Part shown: piece by piece, positions 13,167 through 27,200 of the stretch | How the letters are laid out: the number at the start of each line of letters is the position of its first letter | How positions within the stretch are numbered: the first letter of the stretch is position 1 | Source of the DNA: Squalus acanthias | Taxonomy: Eukaryota | Length of the DNA stretch: 64,000 bases | Direction: 5' to 3' | NCBI GenBank assembly: GCA_030390025.1 | Contig: CM059432.1 | Location: 104,720,001-104,784,000, forward strand | Notes under the pieces: model-generated | What the model was told of the DNA's origin: nothing | Seen by the model: only the letters and a program-made list of their open reading frames with translations | Database searches by the model: none | Translations under genes and position numbers: made by a program

Positions 13167-13539
13167 GTAAGAAGCATCTGGAACTGGTTGTGCTTTATTT
13201 AGGTGGCAACTGGCAGTGGCAGAGGCACAACCATATGTAAAGAGTTTGGCACATCCTGGGTAACTCTAGGATTTGGAGATGAGGGAGAGGGGACATAAAC
13301 CATGCCAAAAATGTATGAATGGGTGGGGGAACAACTGCTCATTCTCTGTTTCCTTGTCCACACCTCCTGTAGTAACTGAACTAACTTAAATTTCAATAGT
13401 TTATTTGCAAACCTCTGCCTATTGCTATGAACCATGTGTTGTGAATTCTAGCTTGTAATGTTGAACAAAGTGCGCCATTGCTGTACTATTTTTTCAGCCA
13501 GTACTTTCTGGGCAGTAGTCCACACAATGTTATCCTGAT

Positions 13540-14310
13540 GCTTTACATCCACCTGAGAGGGCAGATGGGACCTCGGTTTAACTTCTCGTGGAGGTCCAAA
13601 GAGACTTGGGGGTCCAGGTACATAATCATTAAAATATCATGAACAGGTACAGAAAATAATCAAAAAGTCTAATGGGATGCTGGCCTTTATATCTAGAGGA
13701 TGAGAATACAAGGGGATAGAAGTTATGCTGCAGCTATACAGAGCCCTAGTTAGACCACACCTGGAGTGAGCAGTTCTGGCACCACACCTTAGGAAGGATA
13801 TATTGGCCTTGGAAGGAGTGTAGTGTAGGTTTACCAGACTGATACCTGGACTTCAAGGGTTAAGTTACAAGGAGAGACTACACAAATTAGAGTTGTATTT
13901 CCTAGAATTTAGAAGGTTATGGAGTGATCTGATCGAAGTTTTCAAGATATTAAGGGGAACAGATAAGGTCGATAGAGAGCAACTATTTCCACTAGTTGGG
14001 GATTCTAGGACTAGGGGGCATAGTCTAAAAATTAGAGCCAGACCTTTCAGAGTGAAATTTGGAAACAAAGGGTATATGGAGTTAAGTCGCAGATCAGCCA
14101 TGTTCTCATTGAATGGCGGAGCAGGCTTGAGGGGCTGAATGGCCTGCTCCTGTTCCTATGTTCCAAAAGATTGCACCTTCAACAATACAGCACTCCCTCA
14201 GTACTGCACTGAGATGTCAGCCTAGATTATGTGCTTAAGTCTCTGGAGTGGGGCTTGAACCCACAACCTTCTGACTGGCGAGAGTGCTGCCACTGAGCCA
14301 AAGCTGACAT
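13540..14310 (-). mobile_element. SacSINE1/AmnSINE-like Deu-domain SINE fragment interrupted by a + strand CR1 fragment (about 13590-14163)
   Basis: cagcactccctcagtactgcact and B-box-like ttgaaccc; collinear with the SINE at 50630-51040; CR1 RT C-terminus and tail lie between the two halves. Confidence 0.75.
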
Positions 14311-14356
14311 CTGAGTAAGAGATGTCCTTAACCTCTGTCTGGTCCTCCTCTTGATA

Positions 14357-14720
14357 CAGGAAACTCTTTATTAACCAGCACCCAAATATCCGGAAATCTC
14401 TCTTAACCGGCAAAATTCTTGAGTAGGTAACCGGGGTTTTCCTTCATCTCTCGTTTAAAATTAACTTTAAAAAAAACCCCGAGGCGTTTGCCTTGTATCG
14501 GAGTGTGTAGATTGGGAGGGGAATGTGCAGCCCGAGTAGGCAGCGGACACGACCGATGGTCAGCTGGCGGTCCCCGGGGAGACGGAGCTCCGAATGCAGG
14601 CGCATGTCAATGTGTACGGGGCTCTCGTACGTTGGGAGATATAACTCTCCATTATCCGGACTTTTTGATTAACCGGCACCACGCCGGTCCCGTCGGTGCT
14701 GGTTAATAAAGAGTTTCCTG
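14357..14720. mobile_element. Tc1/mariner-superfamily (pogo/Tigger-like) MITE, 364 bp
   Basis: Perfect 26-bp TIRs CAGGAAACTCTTTATTAACCAGCACC flanked by TA on both sides. Confidence 0.9.
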
Positions 14721-17186
14721 TATCATGTCTATATTCAAACCCATGTTCTGCTCCACACTTTTCAAGAAACCTATAACTGATTTTAGCTAATATTTTTTTA
14801 AAGGTATTTCATTCTTTTAATGACATTTTGTTTGATTGTTGTGTTTCCCTGGGAATGGGCTGCTGCACTAGTAGTTAGATGTGTTTGATCTGATCTGAGA
14901 TCCAATTAGAATTAAGTGTGTAACAAAAGTAAATCTTCAGACTTAAAAGTTCGGTTCTCATTTCTCTGCCCAAGAGAAATTGTTTTTTCTTATTAAAAAA
15001 AAAAAAAAAATGCTTGTGTCTCCACTTTATATTTTGGCTCCATTTGAAGTAAGGTTTTATCAATATATTCCATGAGTTCCATCACTCTGAAAGTTACATT
15101 CAGGATAGTGTGTGGTCCAGTGCACTGGTGTATTAATATGCAGTGCAAACGTTGATCAAACCGAGATATGCACAAGTACATTTACCTACTGTGTAAAACA
15201 GTTTAGAGTGAGGTGAGTAGGCAGCCAGGTGAGCCAACAAGGCGTTTGTGCACCTCCTTGCAACTAGCTTAGAGTGAAATGAGCAGAAGCCTGCGAGGAG
15301 GTGGCATGTTGTCCCTCTCAGCTGCTAAAATGGTGAGTGCCTCAGGAGGAAATAATTACAAAATAGAATGGAATAGGGATGATGAAGTAGAATTCCACTG
15401 TGAATTATTTTTGTATAAATATATTTGTAAACTAGTCGACCTCCTGTGGTATTGCACATGGGGAGTCAAGACCAAGGGTAGGTGAAGCGGAGTTAGAAGT
15501 GAGGAATAATTGGACCAGGATGCGTAGAGGTAAGTCAGTCCCCATTTTAAAGACATACCTTCTGTCCTTATTTTTATATACTATAATAAAGCATACAGCA
15601 ATTTGGGAAGTAGAGTTGGTTGAAATAGAGGAGTTTCTCTGCAAAACAGGTGAAGAGCTGGGATGTAAAACTGAGGTGCTACCAGTGAAAGGAGTTTGGG
15701 GTATGTTTTATTTCTCTTTAAACAAATATGGCAGTTGCCAGATTTGACGCATCAAGATTCTGCTAGGTGCTGTTCATGATATCCTTCCAAAAGAGATGAG
15801 CTCCTATGGCTTTTCCAGTTTCTATAACAAATAGTTCTTAAATCAATGTAATGCTGATTTTAGTACATAGATCTCTTTATTCAGGAATTTGTAGACAAGC
15901 TTCTTTTAATGGATTCAGATTTTAAACTTTTTGTTCTAATCCCTATTTTGCCAAACCTTGCATCAATGGAAATTTCACTTCTTAGCTTTTGCTCTAACAG
16001 AGAAATGCTAAAAGCAGAGGAAGTAGCTTTTAAATATTAGGATCTATTAAGTAACATCCTTTTACACATATAGTGTACGTACAGTATAGTAACCTGATTT
16101 ATCAATAAATCCCTAACCATGTAACCAACTTTCATACACCCTCCAACTTTTATAAAGGCAAGATAACTTCATTTTGGAAGTCGAGTGGGAAGTTTGTTTT
16201 CTAATAAACCAACTTAACATATAATTAATAGAATTGTATTGTTTCCCACAGTAGTACTCTTCATATTTCGTCAACATTTTTTTACACTTATTGATGAACA
16301 AAGACCGGAAGTGCAAAGAAGTGAATTGTCATCATTGTAATACTTGGCAAAATGGAAATTAAAATAAAAAGCTTGGAATTGAGGAATTTGTTAAAAGGAG
16401 ACTGCTTGAAAATCCCTGCATTTCAAAAAAGGGCTCTGTACTAAAATCGCTATTAATATGATTAAGAACAATAACCCTCTTTGGTCGCTTTAGGAAGCCA
16501 CTGCAGCACAGATTATATGTAAGTTGGATTCAAAGACTATGAAAGTCCCAACTGTTGAGTATTGCTACAGAAAATCTTGCTCTATCTAATTGCTGTTAGA
16601 ATTTAAAGTATATTTTAAAAAGAGACTGAGATCAAAAGAGAATTTGTCTTCAAGGTTTCATCCAACGTCTGTTTTTGACAATACCTTAAAGTAGGTAAAC
16701 AGCAATTTAAAACCTGTGCTCTTGCCTCTTAATGACCAAGAAATGTTCCTGTGAATGAGGAGCAGTGGGGATTTGCTAGTCGGCTGAGGTTAGGCTAGAA
16801 TATCATGTCACTAGCTCTGAAATAGTAGTTCAATACTTGAGGATCAGACCATTATAGGATATTCCTTTATCCAAGGTAATGCAGAAAAATTGAAAATATT
16901 GTTCCTGTTGGGTTGGGTGAGGAGAATATTTACCAGGACTAATCTACAGTTAGTACGGTGTCCTCTAGGACAGGACCTCCATTTAATGCATCACTTGAAA
17001 GATGGTGCTTCCTAAACAATACTGTGGCGATAGGCTGCATGTTAGGAAGGACTGTGCTGAAGTTCCTCCAGATGGTGTTTGAACATGCAACTCAAGGTGA
17101 GTAAAAGCAGTGCTCACTGAACAGAAGGCACTGCATGCCACTTAAAAAAAAAGGTGTGATTTATTGAAGTATTTTTATGTCCATAG

Positions 17187-17297
17187 CAACTTATTCCTTA
17201 TGTGGAAGATGATAGTACAAAGCACGAAGATCGTAGCTTGGCAAATCAACTCCGCTTAGCAAGTGAAGAGAGGCGGGAAATTGTAGAGGTAAATAAG
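17187..17297 (+). CDS. MED30: Mediator complex subunit 30, internal coding exon (probable exon 3)
   Basis: ccatag|CAA acceptor, AAG|gtacag donor; 111 nt, phase 0; QLIPYVEDDSTKHEDRSLANQLRLASEERREIVEVNK continues in frame from the previous exon. Confidence 0.95.
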
Positions 17298-19969
17298 GTA
17301 CAGGAACATTTTTTTCTTGACAATTTTATTAAAATATATTTGTGTAAGTTTTGTTGTTTTGCCTGTTTTATGCTGTGGTTTAATGTTCATGGAAACAGTT
17401 ATGAACAAATGCAATGGACATGATTTTGAGTGAAGTTTTGTGCTCATCAAGATCAGGAAGTGAAAGGTGGGAAATAGAACGCTTCTCCACTATGGGCACC
17501 CAGTGTCTACATTGTGCAATCCTAGGCCAGGAATTATGAGCTCAACAATGTGCCTTAACACCTTGAAAGAGCAACCTGCTGCACCAGCGTGGCATTTCCA
17601 TTTCTCACACGAGCCACGCTGTAGTCTTCGAGTGAGATTGTCAGTCTGATCTTGTAGCCAGCAGAGAGAAAGATTTCATCCCAATAGCCTGGGCTGCATT
17701 CCAGAAATAATATGAAAGTGTATTCAACCCACTGTGCCACCTGCTCCCTTCTAATTGATACTGTTAAAGTTTATTGCTGTGCTTAAAGTGAAAGGTAGGT
17801 ATAGGAAGATTACCCTTTGTTCAAAGTGCTCAATGTTTTATGGAAAAAAAATTAAAAAGTTCTTTTGATGTGTTTTGTATTCTGCTCACTGAGATTCTCA
17901 AATTGGGTCTCCTAACATTCCAGTGACATCACTAATGGGGAGCATGCCTATATATTCTGGAGCAGCACTAGAGACCTAATTCAAGTGTCTTCATGCAGAT
18001 AATAAAACGGGCATTTTTACCAAACCATCAAAGAAACTTTTAATGAGGGGGTACTCTGATCAAAAAGTATTCCCATTAGACTTAACAATCAAGGAGAAGT
18101 TCCAAAGTTGCAAAATCCAAATCTGATGCAAGAAAGAAACTTCAAAGTGAGAAAAGGCCATTCAGCACATCAAGCAGCTCCATCCAGAATTCATATATTA
18201 GTTCTTTTATTATTCTCTTTCCTTCACCCCCACCCACCTCCATTACTGTTGATCCTATTTTAGGGAACAGTTAAGTTCCTTCATCTACCTCTCCTATGGC
18301 GCTGACATCCACATAAGTAATTAGAATATTAATCACAATTCACAGTATTAAAAAGAATTGAACAAAAACAGGTATCCGTATTTCCAACTTCAATCACTTC
18401 CATTAATAAATGTTGTCTTCTTGAACCAGCATCCCCCCCATGTAACGTCAGAAATGCAGCACTTATTCACAAGTGCAGAAAAACACATACACAATTTGCG
18501 TCTCCGAATTAAAAACAAAAAGCAGGAAAAGCTATGATTTAACAGAAATAAACATTCATCTTTCTTCCTGGACAGGGGAACCAATCAGACTGACTTGGAA
18601 ATGTTAATTTACGAATTTCACTTCTAATGTTTTTCTCTCAAACATTCTCCACAATATTAATCCCTGCTCTTATCACGAAAAGTGTTGAATTATTTTAGAT
18701 ACTTCCCAATTAAATAGTGGGAAACAAACTTCATTGTACTCTCAATTTTGAATCTCCTATTTCAAATGTTTATATCAAATCAAAATTGGACATTATCAGT
18801 TTAATTGAAGTAATTTCTGTGTCTTCAATAAACAAATAGTAGTTTCTTCTAAAGTAGCTTCCTGCAATTTTTATGCATCATGACATAACTCGTGTTTCTA
18901 TTAGCACTCCACTAAACGTTTAAGGGGAAATCTATATTTACATTATTCCTGGGACTTGTTTGGACTATAGAACGACAGACAAAATAAAATGGTTTGTGTT
19001 TTTCCCCTTTTTTGGTTTTCTTCCTAAACTAAACGACTTAATACTTTTTATTGACTTTTTAAAAAAATAACATGTAACTCCTACAAATCCTCCCCCTCCT
19101 CAACAGCATGGTTGCATGTTTGTGTAAAGGTACACACTTCAGTCGATCATTCAAAATCAAATATTGAGAAATTTCAATTTTAAAATGTTTAAAGCATTTC
19201 AGAACCTCTTTAAAAGCGTTTGGCCTTCAAGACCTGGTTGAAACTTGTTTAGGGGAGGGACAAATTGATTTTTGTTTTGTTTCTTCCAAAATCATATTTG
19301 AAACTTAGGGGGGGGAAAGTTTTTTTTGACATTAGTTTTTTGTGAAAAGTTCATTAAAAATCTTTAAATTCTTTCAAGTCTCGTTGCAGCTTTGACAGAA
19401 GAAATTGCTCCAAGTTTCGCTTTCCCTCTTCAACGCTGTTGTTAAAATACAACAAAAAAAATAATAAAATAAACTCTAATTCCAAACGGAGCTCAAATAA
19501 GAAAGTGAATAAAGTGGTTAAACTTCCTAAGAAGGCGGTGAGGTTATCTATCCCCAGCCTTGGCAATGAGTTGGGATCAGTTTTGGAGAAGTTATTTCCT
19601 CTTTTTCTGCTGCCGTTCCCTCCGTCTCTCTCAGACTCTGAGGTACAAACAGGGGTACATACTTTTCCCCCTCTCTCATAACATGATTTAAATAACCCTG
19701 ATAGACTCTTTCAAAAAGGGACAACACCTGGCAATTGAACTGGAACTTACTGCAGGACATGCAACATCACTTTCCCTTATTTTTTTCCAGCTTGAAACAA
19801 TTTTCTCAGTTTAAAAAAAAAAAAAATTCTCATTTTTGTTTCACTGGGGGCCTAAAACTTGTTTTCTTTAGCCTCCTTCCAGCGGCCATTGTACATGTGC
19901 TGCACCTCCACCTGTGTTGTTCCAAAGGCGGCCCTCCCTCTCCATCTCTCTCTCTCCGTGCCCCCTCCC

Positions 19970-20469
19970 NNNNNNNNNNNNNNNNNNNNNNNNNNNNNNN
20001 NNNNNNNNNNNNNNNNNNNNNNNNNNNNNNNNNNNNNNNNNNNNNNNNNNNNNNNNNNNNNNNNNNNNNNNNNNNNNNNNNNNNNNNNNNNNNNNNNNNN
20101 NNNNNNNNNNNNNNNNNNNNNNNNNNNNNNNNNNNNNNNNNNNNNNNNNNNNNNNNNNNNNNNNNNNNNNNNNNNNNNNNNNNNNNNNNNNNNNNNNNNN
20201 NNNNNNNNNNNNNNNNNNNNNNNNNNNNNNNNNNNNNNNNNNNNNNNNNNNNNNNNNNNNNNNNNNNNNNNNNNNNNNNNNNNNNNNNNNNNNNNNNNNN
20301 NNNNNNNNNNNNNNNNNNNNNNNNNNNNNNNNNNNNNNNNNNNNNNNNNNNNNNNNNNNNNNNNNNNNNNNNNNNNNNNNNNNNNNNNNNNNNNNNNNNN
20401 NNNNNNNNNNNNNNNNNNNNNNNNNNNNNNNNNNNNNNNNNNNNNNNNNNNNNNNNNNNNNNNNNNNNN
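19970..20469. other. Assembly gap (500 N)
   Basis: Run of N with C-rich flanks; round length suggests a placeholder size. Confidence 0.99.
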
Positions 20470-20960
20470 CTCCCACCCCCACCCTCCCGACCTCCACATG
20501 AAAGCATGTCCCAACTGGGTACTGCGCATGCGCAGCTCCGGTATACCAGGCGCAGTAGGTTGTAAAGGCAAATAATGACAGCATGGGGGATTCTCCCGCT
20601 GTCCCACTGAAAGTTCAAGGGAGAAAACCAAACCCCTCCCGGCATTGCACAGCACCCCATCAACCATCGGAACACACACTTCAAGAGATGCAATTGCGAT
20701 CGGCTCTGAGGTCGCAAGACTCGCAAGCGAGCCTGTCTGGATTCCTGGGGCCATTGTGTATTGGGCCCCCTCCCCTGCCCCAGCTACTGTCCAGTCCTCT
20801 GCGCGGCATTTCAAATTAACTGCGCATGAGCTCGGGGTCAGTGCCCGCGCACCTTAGCGGGAACAGTGCTCAAGTCCCCTTTCAAAGATGTCAATTAACC
20901 CCAAAACAACCATCCTCCTGTTTGCTACCCTGTAAAGGTGGGGGGCGGGGGGGGTACTTT
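20470..20960. promoter_or_regulatory. CpG-rich promoter/enhancer-like segment with NRF1 site
   Basis: Perfect TGCGCATGCGCA at 20523-20534, a second TGCGCATG at 20821-20828, GC box near 20942, CpG density well above the flanks. Confidence 0.55.
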
Positions 20961-21553
20961 TTTCTAATCTCAACTGTGCTTGAGGCTTGTGGGTTTTGTA
21001 CTTTTGGCTTCTAGTCCCATGCTCCTTATCGAATTTAAATAGCTTATTTATTTTGACCGTATCTATATCTTTTATTTTTTTTAAAAAGCAAACCGTATTC
21101 TGTTTCCCCTCAGTCTTTTCTCCAGCAAAAAGTCTTATTGTTGTGGCTTTCTTTGTAATTTATTCCCCCAAGGCCTGAAATTATCTGGTCACTCTTTACA
21201 ACCTTTGTAATGCATCTATATCCTTTGAGGTAGGGTGACCAAGCTGGGCCCCTTTTGAATCTGTTTATATTTATCTGAACTGATCTGATATTGGGCAACT
21301 CTTCAGTCCTCCTGTGGTAATTCATAGGCAGGAGATGGTGCAACATTTTTTAGCTAAAACTGGCACAATTTTTTCCCTCCAAGATTTCAGTACCTTCATC
21401 CTGTGTCATAATGGAGCTGATACCTTGGTAGATAATTGACATTTGTGGATGATTGAGAGTCCACAAGTTTTGGACTTGCATTCATGATCCACAATAACCT
21501 GAAGATGAGCACAATGCTTATAACATGCAAAACATCAGATTTCATCTTTCTAT

Positions 21554-22447
21554 ACATAAGAACATAAGAAACAGGAGTAGGCCAATTGGCCCCTCGAGCC
21601 TGCTCTGCCATTCAATAAGATCATGGCTGATCCAATCTTGGCCTCAACACCACTTTCCCGCTCTCTCCCCATACCCCTTGACTCCCTTGTAGTTCAAATG
21701 TCTGTCAATCTCCACCTTGAATATATTCAATGACTCCGCCTCCACAGCACTCTCGGGTAGAGAATTCTAAAGATTCACGACCCTCAGAAGAAATTCCTCC
21801 TCATCTCCATCTTAAATGACCCCTTATTCTGAAACTATGCCCCCTAGATCTGGATACCCTCACTAGGGGGAAACATCCTCTCCGCATCCACCCTGTCAAT
21901 CTCCCTCAGAATCTTATGTTTCAATAAGATCACCTCTCATTCTTCTAAACTCCAATGAGTATAGGCCCAACCTGCTCAACCTTTCATCATACGTCAACCC
22001 CTTCATCCCAGGAATCAACATAGTGAACCTTCTCTGCACTGCCTCCAATGCAAGTATATCCTTATTTAAATATGGAGACCAAAACTGTACGCAGTACTCC
22101 AGGTGCGGTCTCACCAGCGCCCTGTAAAGTTGCATCAAAACTTCCCTACTTTTATACTCCATACCCCTTGCAATAAAGGCCAACATTCCATTAGCCTTCC
22201 TAATTACTTGCATGTTAACTTTGTGTTTCATGTACTAGGACCCCCAGAATCCCTTTGTACCACACCATTTTGTAGTCGCACCCATTTAAATAATTTTGCT
22301 TTTTCATTCTTCCTTCCAAAGTGGATAACCTCACATTTTCCCACATTATACTCCATCTGCCAAATTTTTGCCCACTCACTTAACCTATCTATATCCCTTT
22401 GCAGACTCTTTGTGTCCTCCTCACAACTTGCTAACCCACCTATCTTT
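21554..22447 (-). mobile_element. CR1-type LINE 3' fragment
   Basis: ORF 21914-22231 (KANGMLAFIARG..LEYCVQFWSP) and tail acataagaacataag. Confidence 0.9.
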
Positions 22448-25400
22448 AGGTAATTTGATTGCTGCTCAAGTAATGTGACCTGCTTGATTCATCGGGAGAG
22501 TGACATCAGTTTGCCTTATTTTTGAAAATAAAAGGAAATATAATGGTGTAAATTGAAGCTTCCTTATGTTGTGAAAGTGATATTTGTAAAAAGATGTCCA
22601 GTCTGTTCAGCACTATTAAAATGTTTTAAATACATGTGAAGGTTAAGCATCTGTTCATGTCACTGAGCGGTTGTAATCCATCATTCTCAGTTAATGGCAT
22701 TCCAGGAATTGCAAAGCATTGACCAAACATTTCCAAAATGCTAAATTGTGCTGAAGCAGTCATTACATTTTTCTGTCCTGAATCCAGATCCATCAGTTTA
22801 CCGATGACACTTTTAAACCAGCCTATAGAGCTTTTATTTTCAAAATTGTGTGTACCACCAATCTAAACCAAACCATCGAGCAGCACTAGGAGTATGCAAG
22901 GAACCCTTCTTCTTATGAATTAGCTTGCCTTTCTGTTCCTTGCTGCTGGAGAATTTTAGTGGTGAACCTGAGGTTTCACTGCTGGATATTTATAACTTGT
23001 GCTGTGTCTGAATTGTCAAAGATTAGTCCAGGCCCTTCCAGCAAATGTTTTTAGCTTTCAAAATGTATACAAATCAAAATGCTGATATTTTCAAACTATG
23101 TTTTGACTTGTGCTCCCAGAAACTTAACTAATAAGAATGAGACATATTAGTGGCTGCTGCACCTATAGTAAAGCCGCAGGATTATCCATAGAACTAAATT
23201 AGGTAAATTGTTTGTTTTTCCCTTCAAAGTGTTCACCTCCTCCTATCGTGACGGTAGTGACTTGTATGAGGATAGGATTCCATGGGCGCCTTCTGGTTCC
23301 TTGTCCATGGGCCATTCCTCGTGTGAACCTAGACAATTCCATCAACCTATTTGACTATCATTGCTGAGCCTGATTTTTGACCTCACATTTTTGGTTTTCA
23401 AATGTGATCAGGACAGTAGCCCTAGCTAATTATTTTCTTCCTTTTCTCTTTCTCCCCTCCCCCTTGTAACTCATAACCCAGGGATACCAAGGCCAGTCGC
23501 AACATATTTACTGCTGCACTCTGTAATAATGAAGTTTAATTAAACCTTAATAATTAATCCTTGCACATCATAAAATATAGAAGTGGAGGCTGCAGAATTT
23601 AAAAAAAAATATATAGACCAATTGATGTCTGGAAATTTCTCTAAAATGTACACCAAACAGCCCATTCTGAAACCTGCCTGTCCAGTCCAACCCCAGCAGG
23701 ACAGTACTAATTGAATTTAATTCATTCTTTTACTTCACACTGATCTTGGAAGATAAAGAAAAAGATCTTTACATTAGCAAGAGCACTAAAACCCAAATCT
23801 CAGACTAAAACATCAATTTAAATAGAGGCAACGGAAGATATCTGCATGGTTTTCCATAGTCATTGTTGCTCAGATTCCTTAGAATCTGCTAGATCCCAGA
23901 TATAGGTCATCTGGGGTGTTAGCCTCATCCCTCCTTTCCTAGCTGCAATGCAGCTGCAAACCACAAGAGATGGAAGTTTAAACAACATTCCTGTCAGAGA
24001 CTTTGATGTTTAGTGATTCGAGGTTCCTCAGAATTCCAAATCTTGATAAGAGTAGTTCATGCAAAGATCTGGAGAGTGTTTATTGCTGCCTTGTAAAAGT
24101 TTTGAAGCTGACATGAGAGCCTGTCATTATTAATGCATGAGACTGGAGCACTCCAGTAGTAAATAGTTTCAGCTCTAAAGAGGAACATTATGATAACAGC
24201 ACAATGGCCGAGAGTGTTATCTTTGTAAGATGGATGACGTGATTCAAATCTACCTGAAGAAATACTTTTGGCTTTTACTTTGGGGTGAAACATTAGAAAA
24301 TAACAGATTATGTGGCAGTTTGACTACTGTGAGCTATTATAAGGTGCATAGTTTTTCTTTTTCTGGAGGTGTTTTTTAACATTTGTAAAAAGATGGATGA
24401 ATTTAAAGAACATTCTACTTCAGTTTAATTGGGTGTCACAGGTTCTCAAAAGCACAATCTTGCACTTATATTAACCCAATCCTGATTTATGTGAGTGTCT
24501 GTTCTATTTATTATCTTCATCATTGTTTGTGGCAAAATACTTACTTTATTCAAAAGGTAGCTTCAGTGAATTCCTGATCATGGATATCCTATCTATAGGA
24601 GGTACCAAGCCCAAAGCCAGATACAGTACTTTCCTGCAGGGAGATAAAATCAGAGGGCAGGTCACCCCAGGGCTCTCTTGCACCACTCTGATAGCTAGCT
24701 AAAGAATAGCAGTGGTGGAAGTCAGGACACTTAATTGGGAATTAAGAGAAAATAAATAAATGGAAAGGGAGGATGGATGTAAAAATTTTATGCAGTAATC
24801 GAGAGAAATCTGCCAGAAATCGAGGACAATTAAATAAGCGACCAAAGTGTGCTAGAACCAGAAGAGTAATAAACTGTTGGAGGGGGTGTGGAGCAGCAGA
24901 AGGGCTGGCTGGTCTCGGCACTGGAATTTAAATCTCATTTAATATATAAATTGTCATGTATAGTTCCAAACAAAATTAACTGAGTATAAATAGTAATTGA
25001 TATTTAAATCTCAAATTCTGACAAGCTAAGTAATGATGAGAACTCATCACCTAAAGTTGATGATTTAGTGCAATTCCACATATTCCTTTTGCCTTGACCA
25101 AATTCAATCTGTCATTCTCTCAATAGCAGTCAGGGATGGAAAATCTACTGACTTTTTCATTTTATTTAGTTTTCCCTCTTCCTAGCCTGTACGCACTGAG
25201 GACAGTTGTGGTGCCCGATCAATGGTCTGGCTGAGAACAGCTAACTCCGCTTAGACGAAGGATTGAATCTGAGACCTTGGTGTCTTTGGTGCACCACATG
25301 GGATATTTAGCCAATGGGAGTGTGGGTTTTCTGTTTTTTCAAAAAGCCAATTTCTTGCTTCAACTTTTTGAAACCGAGAGATGTGCCACTCCAAGTATGC

Positions 25401-25775
25401 ATATTGCTATATGCAAATCTTGTGGGTGTCTAACCACAAATCTCAATATTGCTAATCACAGATATATACCAAAATCAGGATTTTCATAAGTGATGCATAG
25501 TGTATACAATAAACTTTTTTTCTCTCTGTTCCTGCACTTGCGTCAATATGCTTTACAGTGTCTATTATGTCATACTGCAGTCCTATGGCTTGTGAGCTTT
25601 ATACTTCAACCAAGCTAATTACAGTGCAAGTAGATTTATCATTGCTTGTAAAGGGTCAAGTGGCAATGAAAGTCTGAATACTTATAATTACATATTTTAT
25701 AACTAGTAAAATCTGCATAATGGGGATCCCTTTAGCTGGAAGGTGGCCTCAGTTAATCAAATTAATAAATATATA

Positions 25776-26292
25776 TTACATAGAATTACATAGAATGTAC
25801 AGCACAGAATCAGTCCATTCAGCCCAACCAGTCCATGCTGGCGTTTATGCTCCACTCATCCTTCCTCATCTAACTCTATCAGCATAACCCTCTCTTCCCT
25901 TTTCCCTCATATACTTGTCTAGCCTCCCCTTAAATGCATCTATACTATTCGCCTCAACTACTCCGTGGCAGTGAGTTTCACATTCTCACCACTCTCTGGG
26001 TAAAGAAGTTTCTTCTGAATTCCCTATATGATTTCTTGGTGACTATCTTATATTGATGGCCTCTAATTTTGCTCTTCCCCACAAGTGGAAACACTCTCTC
26101 TGTGTCTACTCTATCAAAGCCTTTCATAATTTTAAAGACCTCTATTAGGTCACGCCTCAACCTTCTCTTTACAAGAGAAAAGAGACCCAGCCTGTTCATC
26201 CTTTTCTGATAGGTATAACCTCGCATTTCTGGTATCATCCTTGTAAATCTTTTTTGCATCCTCTCTAGTGCATCTACAGTATATCCTTTTAT
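25776..26292 (-). mobile_element. CR1-type LINE 3' fragment
   Basis: ORF 25978-26259 (RRLRRDLIEVFKIMKG..FFTQRVV); tail ttacatagaattacatagaa. Confidence 0.88.
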
Positions 26293-26299
26293 AATATAA

Positions 26300-26323
26300 T
26301 GTGTGTGTGTGTGTGTGTGTGTG
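26300..26323. repeat. (TG)n microsatellite
   Basis: Direct reading. Confidence 0.9.
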
Positions 26324-26924
26324 GGTATTAATTAAATTGCCAGCTTTATGATGAATTAACAAATAGTGTATGGTTTATTATGCCATTATCCCAGAAAAAG
26401 AGGAAGGATTTTAAGTTGTGATCATTCAAGAATTTAAATAATCCATCCTGGACACCAATTTAATGTTTCATCAGATTTTTCTTCCCCTTTAAAGCAGTAA
26501 CTCATACCAAGGTAGAGTTCCAAAATGCCAAAAACCCTTTAATACCTTGCTCAAGTAGATATACAGTACTTGTTAAGTGAGCCAGATAGTGAGTATCAGC
26601 AGGCTACTCAAACAGTGTTCATGTTTGTGTGATCACTGGATAGAAGTCAGGAGTTGGAGCCCTGCAGGTTTTTTCTCCTTTTTTCTCTCTTTTCTCCCCA
26701 GCCTGGCCCACCCTGACCACCCAGGCATACCGAGGCCATTTGCTGTGTCCCATTCTCTTGTCGATTTGGTGGTTCAGTAGCACACCACAAGTACATTCAC
26801 CCAAACATCACCAGGTTTTAACCCTCCTCATTCAAAAATGAGCAAGCACAGAACCATCTACATTATTGTGCTCTCCCTTCTATGAGAAGAGATTTTCCCG
26901 CTCAGTATCTTAGCAATACTGCCT

Positions 26925-27200
26925 CAGGCTACTCTGAGTAAGTAGGTGAGCCGTACAACCTGGCAGATCTCCGATGCATCCCTAATCTGTGCTGAGTTAA
27001 TCAATTTCGGCCAGCATAACCGTACACGTACTGCAGTTGGCCTCAGAAACCTGGGATAAATTAGATTTGACCAGCAACTCCTGCCCAGCAGACTTTGGGT
27101 GAGAACAGGATCAGGCTTGGCTACGATGATCCCCGATATGATTAGCCTGCCAGCATTCGCTGTCAAGATTCACCCTTGAATAATTGCCACTTTCAGGAGG
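26925..27200 (+). mobile_element. Old SINE-like repeat; degraded opposite-strand relatives near 23240-23510, 25130-25320, 36400-36760, 38830-38968, 61250-61630
   Basis: Shared motifs by eye: ggtgagaacaggatcaggcttggc, (rc) gagatcagctaactcagca, caggaaccctggctga. Confidence 0.45.

Noticed and set aside
14240..14310. tRNA gene suggested by B-box-like sequence (also at 38430-38520)
   Set aside because: These are SINE heads; no complete cloverleaf.
19735..20814. Six ORFs spanning the N run
   Set aside because: Open only because N translates as X; flanking peptides are not recognisable.
14800..21140. MALAT1/NEAT1-like lncRNA end (triple helix plus tRNA-like element)
   Set aside because: U-rich and AAAAAGCAAA-like runs occur (e.g. 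near 21083) but not the paired U-rich motifs with a following cloverleaf.
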